A stretch of DNA of 64,000 bases. Source: Muribaculaceae bacterium. Lineage in GTDB: Bacteria; Bacteroidota; Bacteroidia; Bacteroidales; Muribaculaceae. A model generated the notes under the pieces. That model made no database searches and had not been told where the DNA came from. It saw only the letters and a program-made list of their open reading frames with translations. Where the stretch lies: contig JAFQKI010000017.1 in assembly GCA_017396945.1 (NCBI GenBank), positions 27,967 to 91,966 of the forward strand, in the 5' to 3' direction. Shown piece by piece: positions 1 to 10,076 of this stretch; position 1 is the stretch's first letter, and every line of letters starts with the position of its first letter. Made by a program: the position numbers and the translations under genes.

Positions 1-254
1 TTACCATTCAACGGAGTTGTCAACTCGGTCGTTTCTTCGGGATTGGTATATGTAGAGTGAGGATCGAGCGTCTTAAGCATCGCCACAATCGCCTCCTCAA
101 CCAATTTGTCGGAATTTACGGTGTCAACATAGTAATTTTCAATAATCTGCTCGGCATAACGAAGTTTTTGACTTGGCGTCATTTCTCTGGTTTGTGCGAC
201 AATCGTTGCCGACACAAACCCAATCATTAAAATAAGTGCGAAAAATTTTTTCAT
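1..254 (-). CDS. S41 family (C-terminal processing) peptidase, N-terminal fragment; the gene continues past the window start
   Basis: Reverse-strand ATG at 252-254. My translation is MKKFFALILMIGFVSATIVAQTREM...IIENYYVDTVNSDKLVEEAIVAMLKTLDPHSTY. It has a signal peptide plus the YVD...AI.xML..LDPHS pattern typical of the N-terminus of Bacteroidetes S41 peptidases. It is absent from the ORF track because the window edge truncates it. Confidence 0.55.
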   Translation of the reverse strand, partial: MKKFFALILMIGFVSATIVAQTREMTPSQKLRYAEQIIENYYVDTVNSDKLVEEAIVAMLKTLDPHSTYTNPEETTELTTPLNG

Positions 255-291
255 TAGTATATATTGTTTTATAGATTAATTACACATTTTA

Positions 292-771
292 TTATTGCTC
301 ACCGGGAACAAAACGACTGGTATCATAACCATTGCGTTCGAGATCGCGCACCATTGTGGAACTAATATAAGACAATTCCGGCAACGTATATAACAGAACG
401 GTCTCAATGCCCGAAATGTTGCGATTGGTATAAGCGAGATGTTGCTCATACTCATAATCGGCTACGGTGCGAACGCCACGCAATATGAAGTTTGCCCCCT
501 CCTGTTTTGCCGCATCTACAGTCAACCCGGTGTAGCTGATCACTCTCACCTGCGGATAGCAACGCATCACTCCGGCTATATGCTCAACACGTTGCTCGGT
601 TGGACGATGACTGCGTTTTGAGTCATTAACCCCCACTGCGATTATTATTTCGTCAAACAGAGTCAAACCACGCTCCACAATTGACAAGTGTCCGATTGTA
701 AAGGGGTCAAATGTTCCGGGATATATAGCTACTCGGCGTTTATTCTCAGGCGATGTCGGTGTCATCTTCAA
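292..771 (-). CDS. coaD: phosphopantetheine adenylyltransferase
   Basis: 159 aa. [22 protein letters not shown] carries the nucleotidyltransferase T/HxGH motif, and length and layout are typical of CoaD. The ORF overlaps the parE stop; an alternative start is M3 at 765. Confidence 0.9.
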   Translation of the reverse strand: MKMTPTSPENKRRVAIYPGTFDPFTIGHLSIVERGLTLFDEIIIAVGVNDSKRSHRPTEQRVEHIAGVMRCYPQVRVISYTGLTVDAAKQEGANFILRGVRTVADYEYEQHLAYTNRNISGIETVLLYTLPELSYISSTMVRDLERNGYDTSRFVPGEQ

Positions 772-2680
772 CTACAAGATTATCAATAATGAAATTTTGG
801 CGTTCAACGGTGTTTTTGCCCATATAAAACTCAAGCAACTCTGCCACCGCGTCTTCTTTGCGCAACGACACTCTATCGACACGCATATCGGGACCGATAA
901 AATCACGGAACTCTTCGGGTGAAATCTCCCCAAGTCCTTTAAATCGGGTAATCTCGGCGTTTGCCCCAAGTTTTTCTATCGCCGCAACTCGTTCCTCGTC
1001 GGTATAACAATAATATGTATCCTCAGGGATACCTTCTTTTTTCGCTTTCATCCCTACACGCTTTGCTGTTTTTTTATTGCGCACACGGAATAATGGTGTT
1101 TGCAACACATAAACGTGACCTTTTTTTATCAAGTCGGGGAAGAATTGCAAAAAGAATGTAATCATCAACAAACGAATGTGCATGCCATCGACATCCGCAT
1201 CAGTCGCTATAATCACATTGTTATATCTCAAGCCGTCAAGACCATCTTCAATGTTTAATGCAGCTTGCAGCAAGTTAAACTCATCATTTTCATACACAAC
1301 CTTTTGAGTCAACCCATAGGTATTCAGTGGTTTACCTCGCAAAGAGAATACCGCTTGAGTTTCCACGTTGCGTATCTTTGTGATAGAGCCGGCAGCCGAG
1401 TCCCCTTCAGTGATAAAAATCGATGAAGCTCGTTTCTTCTCCTCATCACCCTTAACATCATTAAGATGCACTCGGCAATCAAGCAGTTTCTTGTTATGAA
1501 GATTTACCTTCTTGGCTTTCTCACGAGCAAGTTTTGTTACGCCCGCCATTGCTTTGCGCTCTTTCTCGCTCTCTTGCACTTTGCGCAAAATGATTTCGGC
1601 AGTCTCCAAATCCTTGTGCAAATAATTGTCAAGTTCTTTCTTGATGAAATCACCTACAAACTTGGCTACCGTAGGTCCTTCGGGACCCATGTCGCGCGAA
1701 CCGAGTTTGGTTTTTGTTTGAGACTCAAACACAGGCTCCTCAACCTTAACCGAAATCGAAGCCACCATACCATTGCGAATGTCGGAATACTCAAAGTTGC
1801 GTCCAAAGTATTCTTTCAATGTGCGTGACACCGACTCTTTAAACGCAGTCAAGTGAGTACCGCCCTGAGTCGTGTGCTGCCCATTGACAAACGAATAATA
1901 CTCCTCGCCATATTGATTGGCATGAGTTATAACCACTTCTATATCATCTCCGGTAAGGTGTATTATAGGATATAGCGGGTCTTTGGTCATATTTTCTTTC
2001 AACAAGTCAACAAGACCATTGCGCGAGATGAAACGTTTGCCATTAAAAATAATAGCCAACCCGGTATTTAGGAATGTATAGTTTTTAAGCAATGGAACGA
2101 TGAACTCTTCACGATAAACATAGTCACGGAAAATGCTTTTATCGGGCGTAAAGCGTACGAGTGTACCATTAGGTTGGTCACTCGCCACAATATCACTCTC
2201 GGTTACAACCTCACCTTGAGCAAATGTGACACGCTTACACTGTCCGTCGCGCACACTCTCAATATAGAAATCGGTTGACAACGCATTAACCGCCTTAATA
2301 CCCACACCATTAAGCCCCACCGACTTTTTAAATGCCTTTGAGTCATATTTCGCTCCGGTATTCATCTTTGATGACACATCGACAACCTTGTTCAACGGAA
2401 TACCGCGACCATAATCACGCACCGTAACCGACGACTCGGTTACATCCACAGTGATTTGCTTGCCAAAGCCCATCATGAACTCATCGATAGCATTGTCAAG
2501 CACCTCTTTTAGAAGCACATAAATACCATCATCAGAGTTTGTGCCATCGCCAAGTTTACCGATATACATACCGGGACGGCGACGGATGTGCTCTTTCCAA
2601 TCAAGCGTTGTTATGTCGTCATCGTTATATTCTGCTGCGTTAATCGAGCCATCGAGTGGGAGTAATTCTTCTTCTGCCAT
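746..2680 (-). CDS. parE: DNA topoisomerase IV subunit B (type IIA topoisomerase ATPase subunit)
   Basis: 644 aa. GHKL ATPase motifs ([22 protein letters not shown]), a Toprim motif ([12 protein letters not shown]) and [10 protein letters not shown]. The length fits ParE rather than the larger GyrB. Confidence 0.85.
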   Translation of the reverse strand: MAEEELLPLDGSINAAEYNDDDITTLDWKEHIRRRPGMYIGKLGDGTNSDDGIYVLLKEVLDNAIDEFMMGFGKQITVDVTESSVTVRDYGRGIPLNKVVDVSSKMNTGAKYDSKAFKKSVGLNGVGIKAVNALSTDFYIESVRDGQCKRVTFAQGEVVTESDIVASDQPNGTLVRFTPDKSIFRDYVYREEFIVPLLKNYTFLNTGLAIIFNGKRFISRNGLVDLLKENMTKDPLYPIIHLTGDDIEVVITHANQYGEEYYSFVNGQHTTQGGTHLTAFKESVSRTLKEYFGRNFEYSDIRNGMVASISVKVEEPVFESQTKTKLGSRDMGPEGPTVAKFVGDFIKKELDNYLHKDLETAEIILRKVQESEKERKAMAGVTKLAREKAKKVNLHNKKLLDCRVHLNDVKGDEEKKRASSIFITEGDSAAGSITKIRNVETQAVFSLRGKPLNTYGLTQKVVYENDEFNLLQAALNIEDGLDGLRYNNVIIATDADVDGMHIRLLMITFFLQFFPDLIKKGHVYVLQTPLFRVRNKKTAKRVGMKAKKEGIPEDTYYCYTDEERVAAIEKLGANAEITRFKGLGEISPEEFRDFIGPDMRVDRVSLRKEDAVAELLEFYMGKNTVERQNFIIDNLVVEDDTDIA

Positions 2681-2860
2681 AGTGCTTATGTTGGTTATAT
2701 TTGCGACTTGCGCAAATTACACACCACAAATATAGTCATTTTTTATCGCAAGGACAAAATTTAGACCAAGTTCCGCAATTTTGGTTTAAAACAGTTCGTA
2801 AAACTGAGTGTACAATCTTGTTTCTGAATAAAAGGTTATTGGTCTTTACCATTTAATTGC

Positions 2861-2868
2861 TACCTTTG
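2861..2868 (+). promoter_or_regulatory. candidate Bacteroidetes -7 promoter box (TAnnTTTG)
   Basis: tacctttg lies 38 nt upstream of the ATG at 2906. This is a motif match only. Confidence 0.35.
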
Positions 2869-2905
2869 TTTAAATAATCAGTCATTCTAAAACTACATAG
2901 ATATT

Positions 2906-3280
2906 ATGAGAAAACTATCACTCCTTTTCGCATTGTTGCTACCAATGTTGTTTTCATCTTGCGAATTTGAAGAGATTGATTTGGGGTTCCCAAAGACAGT
3001 AAATTTCACAAAAGATGGTGGCGAAATTATTATCAGTGGAGAGACAACATTTACTCATGCCAACATTCATAATTTCAAGACCGGAGACCAAGGCAAAATA
3101 CAAGAAAGTGAAACAGGGGAGGCATTCATTTATGATTGGTTAAAAATAGAGTACTCCGATTTTAACAACAGCGAATTGACAATATCCGCTCAACCGAACA
3201 AAACCGGTAAGTCTCGCGAGCTTCACATTGAGATTTATTCCGGTCCAGATTATCAGACTATAAAGGTTGTGCAAGAATAA
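2906..3280 (+). CDS. small lipoprotein with a single BACON/Ig-like domain (hypothetical)
   Basis: 124 aa. Lipoprotein signal LLPMLFSSC. The C-terminus ...LTISAQPNKTGKSRELHIEIYSGPDYQTIKVVQE resembles the N.tG..R.a.I.v......i.V.Q ending of BACON-type domains. Confidence 0.5.
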   Translation: MRKLSLLFALLLPMLFSSCEFEEIDLGFPKTVNFTKDGGEIIISGETTFTHANIHNFKTGDQGKIQESETGEAFIYDWLKIEYSDFNNSELTISAQPNKTGKSRELHIEIYSGPDYQTIKVVQE

Positions 3281-3417
3281 CAATCACTTGAAATCTTTTT
3301 AAGGCAACTCCTCCTGAAGTTTAAGAATTTATAGAAAATCCTTTTAATTTGCGGGTGCATTTACATTGCTCGGAAAAAGTTTTGAATAATAACTCTGATT
3401 ATCTGCATTATTTTTAC

Positions 3418-3425
3418 TAATTTTG
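3418..3425 (+). promoter_or_regulatory. candidate -7 promoter box (TAnnTTTG) for korAB
   Basis: taattttg lies 67 nt upstream of the korA ATG. This is a motif match only. Confidence 0.3.
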
Positions 3426-3491
3426 CCGTGTTATACCTATTGAGGTCAACAGATTTAATGTGAATTTATATCAAAACAAAATTATAAAATC

Positions 3492-5339
3492 ATGTTGGAG
3501 AAAACTAATGTAAAAGTTCTCGACAAAGTAGTCGTGAGATTTTCGGGTGACTCCGGAGATGGTATGCAGCTCGCCGGAAACATTTTCACGAATGTTTCAG
3601 CTGGTATAGGCAACCAAGTCTCCACATTCCCCGACTATCCTGCCGAAATCCGCGCCCCACAAGGATCATTGAGCGGAGTTTCCGGCTTTCAGGTAAGTGT
3701 AGGAACAGGTGTTTATACTCCCGGCGACCAAGCCGATGTTTTGGTTGCGATGAACCCTGCCGCACTTAAACAAAATGTGAAATTTCTTAAGCCCGGAGGC
3801 GTAATCATAGTTGATATCGACTCGTTTAAAGAGTCAGATTTGAAAAAGGCATTGTTTGAAACCGATGAGCCTTTCAAAGAACTCGGCATTACCGCACAAG
3901 TAGTAGAAGTTCCTGTCACTTCAATGACAAAAGCCGCACTTTCTGAAAGTGGTCTTGATAACAAATCAATCTTGAAATGTCGCAATATCTTTGCGCTCGG
4001 ACTGGTATGCTGGTTGTTTGATCGTCCTCTTGAAAGTGCTTTGCACCACCTCAAAACAAAATTCGCAAAGAAACCTGCAATTTTTGAAGCCAACGCCAAA
4101 GTTATCCAAGCCGGATATGATTACGGACACAATATACACGCATCGGTATCTACCTACCGCATCGAATCAGACGAAATCAAGCCCGGAGTTTATACCGACA
4201 TCAATGGCAACACAGCTACCGCATGGGGATTCATTATGGCATCTGAGAAATCAGGTCGTCCCTTATTCCTCGGCAGCTACCCAATAACCCCTGCAACAGA
4301 TATTCTTCATGAGCTTGCAAAACGCAAAGATCTTGGAGTAAAGGCATGTCAAATGGAAGATGAGATCGCCGGAGTCTGTTCGGCTATCGGAGCTTCGTTT
4401 GCGGGCAATCTCGCCATCACCACAACTTCAGGCCCTGGTCTTGCACTCAAAAGTGAGGCTATCGGTCTTGCCGTCATGGCAGAACTTCCTCTTGTGATTG
4501 TTGACGTTCAACGTGGTGGTCCGTCAACCGGTCTTCCAACCAAAACCGAACAAACCGACTTGATGCAAGCTCTATATGGTCGCAATGGCGAGTCACCTGT
4601 AGCTGTTGTAGCACCCGCATCTCCCACCGATTGCTTCACCATGGCATTTGAAGCATCGCGCATCGCCATCGAGCACATGACTCCTGTCATCTTGCTTAGT
4701 GACGCGTTTATAGGCAACGGCTCATCGGCATGGCGCATTCCCGAAGCCGATGAATATCCCGAAATCAAACCAAATTACGTCCCTGAAGAATTGAAAGAGG
4801 GATGGAAACCATACTTGCGAAATGAGAAAACCAAAGTGCGTTATTGGGCAATCCCAGGCACTGAGGGATGTGCACATCGTCTTGGCGGTCTTGAAAAAGA
4901 CGCGGTGACAAGCGCAATCTCTACCGATCCCATCAACCACGAAAAGATGGTTTACATCCGCAAAGAAAAAATCGACCGCATTGCCGACGACATCCCTGCT
5001 CTTGAAGTGAATTGCGCTCAAGATGCCGACACATTATTGGTTGGTTGGGGTGGCACTTATGGACATCTTTACACCGCGGCCGAAGATCTTTGCAACAATG
5101 GCAAAAAGGTGGCATTCGCCCACTTCCGCTATATCAATCCTCTACCTGCCAACACAGCCGAAGTATTTGCTAAATACAAACGTGTGATTGTTGCCGAATT
5201 GAATACCGGACAATTTGCCGACTACTTGCAAAGCAAATTTCCCAATGTGACATTTGAACGCATCAATAAGGTGCAAGGTCAACCATTCCTTGTGAAAGAA
5301 GTTATCGATGGTGTAACTAAAATTATGGAGGGCAAATAA
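3492..5339 (+). CDS. korA: 2-oxoglutarate/2-oxoacid:ferredoxin oxidoreductase subunit alpha
   Basis: 615 aa. N-terminal gamma-like domain (RFSGDSGDGMQLAG) fused to an alpha domain (GSYPITPATDILHEL). It is followed 3 nt later by the TPP-binding beta subunit. Confidence 0.85.
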   Translation: MLEKTNVKVLDKVVVRFSGDSGDGMQLAGNIFTNVSAGIGNQVSTFPDYPAEIRAPQGSLSGVSGFQVSVGTGVYTPGDQADVLVAMNPAALKQNVKFLKPGGVIIVDIDSFKESDLKKALFETDEPFKELGITAQVVEVPVTSMTKAALSESGLDNKSILKCRNIFALGLVCWLFDRPLESALHHLKTKFAKKPAIFEANAKVIQAGYDYGHNIHASVSTYRIESDEIKPGVYTDINGNTATAWGFIMASEKSGRPLFLGSYPITPATDILHELAKRKDLGVKACQMEDEIAGVCSAIGASFAGNLAITTTSGPGLALKSEAIGLAVMAELPLVIVDVQRGGPSTGLPTKTEQTDLMQALYGRNGESPVAVVAPASPTDCFTMAFEASRIAIEHMTPVILLSDAFIGNGSSAWRIPEADEYPEIKPNYVPEELKEGWKPYLRNEKTKVRYWAIPGTEGCAHRLGGLEKDAVTSAISTDPINHEKMVYIRKEKIDRIADDIPALEVNCAQDADTLLVGWGGTYGHLYTAAEDLCNNGKKVAFAHFRYINPLPANTAEVFAKYKRVIVAELNTGQFADYLQSKFPNVTFERINKVQGQPFLVKEVIDGVTKIMEGK

Positions 5340-5341
5340 TC

Positions 5342-6355
5342 ATGGAAGAAACAAAATATACCGCAGCCAATTATAAAAGTGACCAATCGGTGCGTTGGTG
5401 TCCCGGATGTGGAGACCACGCAATCCTCAACACACTTCACAAAGCTATGGCAACCGTTGGTGTTGCTCCCCACATGACCGCCGTTATCTCCGGTATTGGT
5501 TGTAGTTCTCGCTTGCCTTACTATATGAATACTTATGGTTTTCATACTATTCATGGTCGTGCGGCGGCAATCGCAACCGGATTTAAAGTGGCAAATCCCG
5601 AAATGACCGTTTGGCAAATCTCCGGTGACGGTGATGGTCTCGCAATCGGCGGCAATCACTTCATTCATGCCGTACGTCGCAACATCGACATCAATATGCT
5701 CCTTTTCAACAACAAAATCTATGGTCTCACCAAAGGTCAATACTCACCAACAAGCGACCGTGGTTTTGTGTCGAAGTCGTCTCCCTATGGAACAACAGAA
5801 GACCCATTTATTCCTGCCGAATTGGTATTTGGCGCTCGTGGCAACTTCTTTGCTCGTAGCATAGATGTAGAACTTGCCACCTCTCAAGAAGTGCTTGTTG
5901 CGGCTGCTCAACACAAAGGAACTTCGGTAGTGGAAATCCTTCAAAACTGTGTGATATTCAATAATGGTATTCACAACCACATCACCGATCGTGAATTCCG
6001 TGCCGAACGCACTATCCACCTTCACCACGGCGAAAAAATGCTATTTGGCAAAGACAATAATAAAGGTATCGTTCAAGATGGTTTCTTGTTGAAAGCGGTA
6101 GAAATCGGCAAAGACGGATATACTATCGATGACGTACTCGTTCACGATGCTCATTGCCAAAGCAACTTCTTGCATCAACAATTGGCTATGATGGATGGTT
6201 ATGACTTACCATTAGCTATCGGCGTGATACGCGACGTTGAAGGTTTGACCTATAACGAGGAAATTGATCGCCAAGTTGCCGAAGTGCGAGCCAAGAAGAA
6301 CTTATCATCACTCCGCGACATGATACTCGCCGGCGAAACCTGGGAAGTAAAATAA
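5342..6355 (+). CDS. korB: 2-oxoglutarate/2-oxoacid:ferredoxin oxidoreductase subunit beta
   Basis: 337 aa. Contains the WCPGCGDHAIL and ISGDGDGLAIGGNH thiamine-diphosphate binding motifs. Confidence 0.85.
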   Translation: MEETKYTAANYKSDQSVRWCPGCGDHAILNTLHKAMATVGVAPHMTAVISGIGCSSRLPYYMNTYGFHTIHGRAAAIATGFKVANPEMTVWQISGDGDGLAIGGNHFIHAVRRNIDINMLLFNNKIYGLTKGQYSPTSDRGFVSKSSPYGTTEDPFIPAELVFGARGNFFARSIDVELATSQEVLVAAAQHKGTSVVEILQNCVIFNNGIHNHITDREFRAERTIHLHHGEKMLFGKDNNKGIVQDGFLLKAVEIGKDGYTIDDVLVHDAHCQSNFLHQQLAMMDGYDLPLAIGVIRDVEGLTYNEEIDRQVAEVRAKKNLSSLRDMILAGETWEVK

Positions 6356-6381
6356 AACAAGACTAATTAGTATTCCACCAT

Positions 6382-6415
6382 AAAAACGATGTTGTTTTAA
6401 AGCAACATCGTTTTT
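6382..6415. terminator. bidirectional rho-independent terminator between convergent korB and the flippase gene
   Basis: A 9 bp stem, acgatgttg (6386-6394) paired with caacatcgt (6403-6411). It is flanked by an A-run upstream and a T-run downstream. Confidence 0.6.
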
Positions 6416-6430
6416 ATATTCTACATATCG

Positions 6431-7849
6431 TTAAGATTTTAAACGACGGAATGCCACTCCAAGAAACAGTATTCCGATTACGACCGGAACCCACCATCCT
6501 ATCATTGTAGAGGTCATAACGCTTGCGACACCAACTATAACCGCAAGCGATATTAGCCACAGCATCCCCTTGCCGAGCCATAAACCATACACTCGTCGGT
6601 AAACCACAGCGACAATAATTGTGTAAATAAAATACCATGCGATATAGGCAAACCCAAGTCCGACGTACCCCCATAGGTTAAAGGCAACGATATTCAAGCC
6701 CAAACTGATTGTTGCGCTAAGTGACTCGGTAATCAAAAATATCTTACCATTGCCACAAGCAAGTATTACAAATGCCATACACCATGACACGGCTCGGAAC
6801 ACAGTCCCAACCATAGCCCAAGTTATAAATGGCACTATAACCAAAAACTCATCGGAATAAAGCACTCGCACTATCAATTGATCGGCCGCCACAAAAAACG
6901 CGATAACCGGCATCAACACCAATAATGCTATCTTCATTTCATGGGATACAAACGCCACTGTGCGCATCGCAGAGTCCTTAACTCGTGTCAAACGAGGGAA
7001 ATACTCCATGGCTATTGCCGTAAATATCAATCCGGCATAACGATTTACAATAGTAAAGCCGGCTTGATAATGCCCCACAACCGATGCATCACCTTGATTA
7101 TTGAGATAGGCCATAAAGATATAGGACATCAACAACGCCACAAATGAAGATAATGTCATATATATCCCAAGCACTATAAAACCCTTCCCCTCTTGAAATG
7201 TTTCTACGAGTGTAACTTTTATTGATGATTTTGGGCTTTTTACTCCGTAAACTTTTGCCGCAATAGCTGTTGTCATAGCATAAGCGATTATTGCCGGGAT
7301 AATGCTATCCATGCGCCAATAATAATACATCGGCACCGAAACAGCCAATCCCGCTACGACACCCCAAATCGAGGCTTTTGCCAACTGACGCAATCTATTC
7401 AGCCCCTGCAATACGGCAAGTTCACCGGATGTTAGCGACGTGAGCAACAACACAATTGACAATACTACAAATGCCATTGTGTGACTTTCATCACCAAATG
7501 TCACACGGCTCAACATTGGGGCGAGCGACAACATCATTAATGAGCCAAACAATCCCAAAGCCCAAGCCCAACGCTTAACTACTACAATAATACGCTCAAT
7601 TCTGGACTCGGAGGCTGAAGCGATATCTCGCACGGCACTATTACGCAATCCCAATTGCGTAATAGACCCCAACATTTCTATCACAGAATTATATAATCCA
7701 AACAATCCGACCCCGACAGAGCCAAGCCACAATGCAACAAACTTAGTGCGCACTATCGAACACAGAATTGTTATGACCTGCACACCGCCAAAGACACTCA
7801 TTGCCTTTAGCACTCGCGATGACAGGTTATTGGATTTTGACATTTTCAT
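6431..7849 (-). CDS. oligosaccharide/polysaccharide flippase family protein (Wzx/MOP superfamily)
   Basis: 472 aa. Hydrophobic throughout with a dozen or more predicted TM helices. The N-terminus (KAMSVFGGVQVITILCSIVRTKFVALWLG) is typical of polysaccharide biosynthesis/flippase proteins. Confidence 0.7.
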   Translation of the reverse strand: MKMSKSNNLSSRVLKAMSVFGGVQVITILCSIVRTKFVALWLGSVGVGLFGLYNSVIEMLGSITQLGLRNSAVRDIASASESRIERIIVVVKRWAWALGLFGSLMMLSLAPMLSRVTFGDESHTMAFVVLSIVLLLTSLTSGELAVLQGLNRLRQLAKASIWGVVAGLAVSVPMYYYWRMDSIIPAIIAYAMTTAIAAKVYGVKSPKSSIKVTLVETFQEGKGFIVLGIYMTLSSFVALLMSYIFMAYLNNQGDASVVGHYQAGFTIVNRYAGLIFTAIAMEYFPRLTRVKDSAMRTVAFVSHEMKIALLVLMPVIAFFVAADQLIVRVLYSDEFLVIVPFITWAMVGTVFRAVSWCMAFVILACGNGKIFLITESLSATISLGLNIVAFNLWGYVGLGFAYIAWYFIYTIIVAVVYRRVYGLWLGKGMLWLISLAVIVGVASVMTSTMIGWWVPVVIGILFLGVAFRRLKS

Positions 7850-7858
7850 CTATCTCCA

Positions 7859-9220
7859 TTATTTAACCCACAACAATGGGTCTAATCTCTCACTGCCTTT
7901 GCGCATCTCAAAATGCAATACCCCCCGACCTGAAGCATCGGTACATATAGTCCCGATTGACTGATTTGCTTTCACTTTGTCTCCAGGTTTAATCGTGACA
8001 TTGTCCAAATTAGTGTAAAGCGTTATATAATCGCCATGAGTTATAATCACTACAGTATTTAGAGTGCTCTTATTTGTTACAATTTTAACCACTCCGTCAT
8101 ATATCGCTCTTACTTGAGCTCCCGACGGCACCTCAATATCTATACCTTTATTTACTATTTCGATTTTTGATGCGGCATGTTTTTTCTGTCCATACTTACA
8201 CACTATGCGATATTTTCCGCTCACCGGAAATAGCAATTTGCCCTTATTAGCGGCAAAGCTACCGGTAATCACACGATTATTATCGGCTTGCGCATCAAAA
8301 TCAGCGGCAGGAGGAGTTGGAGATTGTGAGGATGATGCCGGAGACGGAGCAGGAGCATCTTCCACCGATGGCTGAGTTGGAGAAGCCGATTGTGATGCTG
8401 CTTGCGCCTCTTCACGACGACGGCGTTCCTCCTCTTGACGACGGCGCTCCTCTTCCTGTCTGCGTAGTTCCTCTTGACGACGACGCTCTTCGGCTTGACG
8501 CCGTTCCTCTGCCAATATGCGATCTATTTCATCATCTAATTCCTGAACAAGTTGCTGTTGCTGTCTCAGATAACGCTTCAATCGACGTTCTTCACCTCTT
8601 AATGTCGCAAGTAACGCCTTTGACCGACTTTCTTTTTCTCTTAATTGCGTTCTCGACGCTTCAATCGAAGCAAGAGCGATATTTTTGGAGTTTTGCAACT
8701 GCGCCAACATATTTCTTTGTTGCTCAACCTCAGCAATCAAAGTTCTTATTTCTTGAGCTTTATCTTTTCTTATTCGGGAAAATTGTTGCAAATATCTAAC
8801 ACGTTTAAATGCTTGTTGAAAAGACTTTGAAGAAAATATAAAAGCAAAATCACTTATAACCCGACGCCGAGAACGTATATCTCGCAACGTCTGAGCATAC
8901 TGCTCTCTCATGTTGCCAAGTTCCGCTTCAAGCGTCACAATAGAGTCATTTAGCACTACCATCTGACTGTCAATCAGCGCAATTGCACGTTGCAATGTAT
9001 CAATAGCAATCGTGTGTTCTTCTATCTGAGCCGACAATGAGTTTAGCTCATTTAGTTGATTGGCAATCTCCCTATCTTTATCGTTTATCTGCTGTGTGGT
9101 CTCCGTGATTTCGGTTGTCGCGCGTTGCCTTTCACCTCGCACGACACCGGTTGTTCTTTTGGCGACAATAAACGACACCGACAACAACACGACACACACT
9201 ATCAACAACAATTTTCTCAT
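7859..9220 (-). CDS. murein hydrolase activator EnvC-like protein (coiled coil plus degenerate M23/LytM domain)
   Basis: 453 aa. Order of parts: signal/TM, a long coiled coil, an E/R-rich then P/S/A-rich linker, and a C-terminal LytM domain. The zinc-ligand positions read NKGIDI (usual HxGxD) and VLHFEM (usual HLHFE), so two His ligands appear to be missing. Confidence 0.75.
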   Translation of the reverse strand: MRKLLLIVCVVLLSVSFIVAKRTTGVVRGERQRATTEITETTQQINDKDREIANQLNELNSLSAQIEEHTIAIDTLQRAIALIDSQMVVLNDSIVTLEAELGNMREQYAQTLRDIRSRRRVISDFAFIFSSKSFQQAFKRVRYLQQFSRIRKDKAQEIRTLIAEVEQQRNMLAQLQNSKNIALASIEASRTQLREKESRSKALLATLRGEERRLKRYLRQQQQLVQELDDEIDRILAEERRQAEERRRQEELRRQEEERRRQEEERRRREEAQAASQSASPTQPSVEDAPAPSPASSSQSPTPPAADFDAQADNNRVITGSFAANKGKLLFPVSGKYRIVCKYGQKKHAASKIEIVNKGIDIEVPSGAQVRAIYDGVVKIVTNKSTLNTVVIITHGDYITLYTNLDNVTIKPGDKVKANQSIGTICTDASGRGVLHFEMRKGSERLDPLLWVK

Positions 9221-10068
9221 TCCTTTATATCTTCTTCAGTCACTGATGAAATTATATATACTAACTCGTCAACCCCTATACGTGTATAGCTACGAGGCAA
9301 TTTCCTACGTTTTAAGGGGGACAAATCACTCCATTTTGCGTCCTTGGCGTTCCACACAAATGCGGATTTGATTTGTTGTTCACCGACATATCCGGTTATT
9401 AAACATTTTTGCGAGACCACTCCGGCGGCATCAACCTTTGTCGGAATTGAATACTCAAAGCCAAACTCATTATCGGCAATTAAGATATTTAAACTTTCCA
9501 ACACATCGGCATTATAAAACTTTAAATCATATCTCATCGACGCATTATTTCGCATTGGCATAAGACTCCAATTGGCGGAGTCGGCATATAATTCAAATTG
9601 AGGTCTCATTGATAATGTTAAACGTTCGCCACCAATTTTAAATGCCTGCCCAAGCAACAAATCTTGGATATTGCCGATTGTAATTCCGGTTGCACCAACA
9701 ATCTCCGACAATGGCTCTGCGATATAGAGTTTGTTTATCTTGTCAATCGCGATTACCGAATCTTCCGATAAATACAGATATACCACCTCCATTCCCATTG
9801 CTCTAAACGACAATTGCACGTTTTCATCTCTAAACATTGTGGCGCGACCTGATATGCACTTCTCTTCAGGCAACTCCAACCATAGTTGGAACGGCATCGA
9901 CACCATATCCCATTCTCCATAAGATGAAACGACAGCATTATAGCGATCTTCACATGACAAATGACTATCCTTGGCAACGTCAATAGTCGCCACCGGTTCA
10001 AACGATGACCGACATGATGTTATCAATAACATCATAATCATTACAAAACCAAATGACAGTCGTTTCAT
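9217..10068 (-). CDS. lipoprotein, DUF4292-like (LolB-like fold), hypothetical
   Basis: 283 aa with lipobox LLITSC. It sits between a TPR gene and an M23 gene downstream of dut, an arrangement I recall for DUF4292 genes in Bacteroidales. The stop of the TPR gene and the start of the M23 gene are tightly packed around it. Confidence 0.45.
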   Translation of the reverse strand: MKRLSFGFVMIMMLLITSCRSSFEPVATIDVAKDSHLSCEDRYNAVVSSYGEWDMVSMPFQLWLELPEEKCISGRATMFRDENVQLSFRAMGMEVVYLYLSEDSVIAIDKINKLYIAEPLSEIVGATGITIGNIQDLLLGQAFKIGGERLTLSMRPQFELYADSANWSLMPMRNNASMRYDLKFYNADVLESLNILIADNEFGFEYSIPTKVDAAGVVSQKCLITGYVGEQQIKSAFVWNAKDAKWSDLSPLKRRKLPRSYTRIGVDELVYIISSVTEEDIKE

Positions 10069-10076
10069 ATCAGTGA

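Noticed and set aside
8317-8799. 160 aa and 61 aa plus-strand ORFs opposite the M23/EnvC-like gene
   Set aside because: They lie antisense to the E/R-rich coiled-coil coding repeat (EERRRQEE...), which is open in several frames. They have no independent signals.
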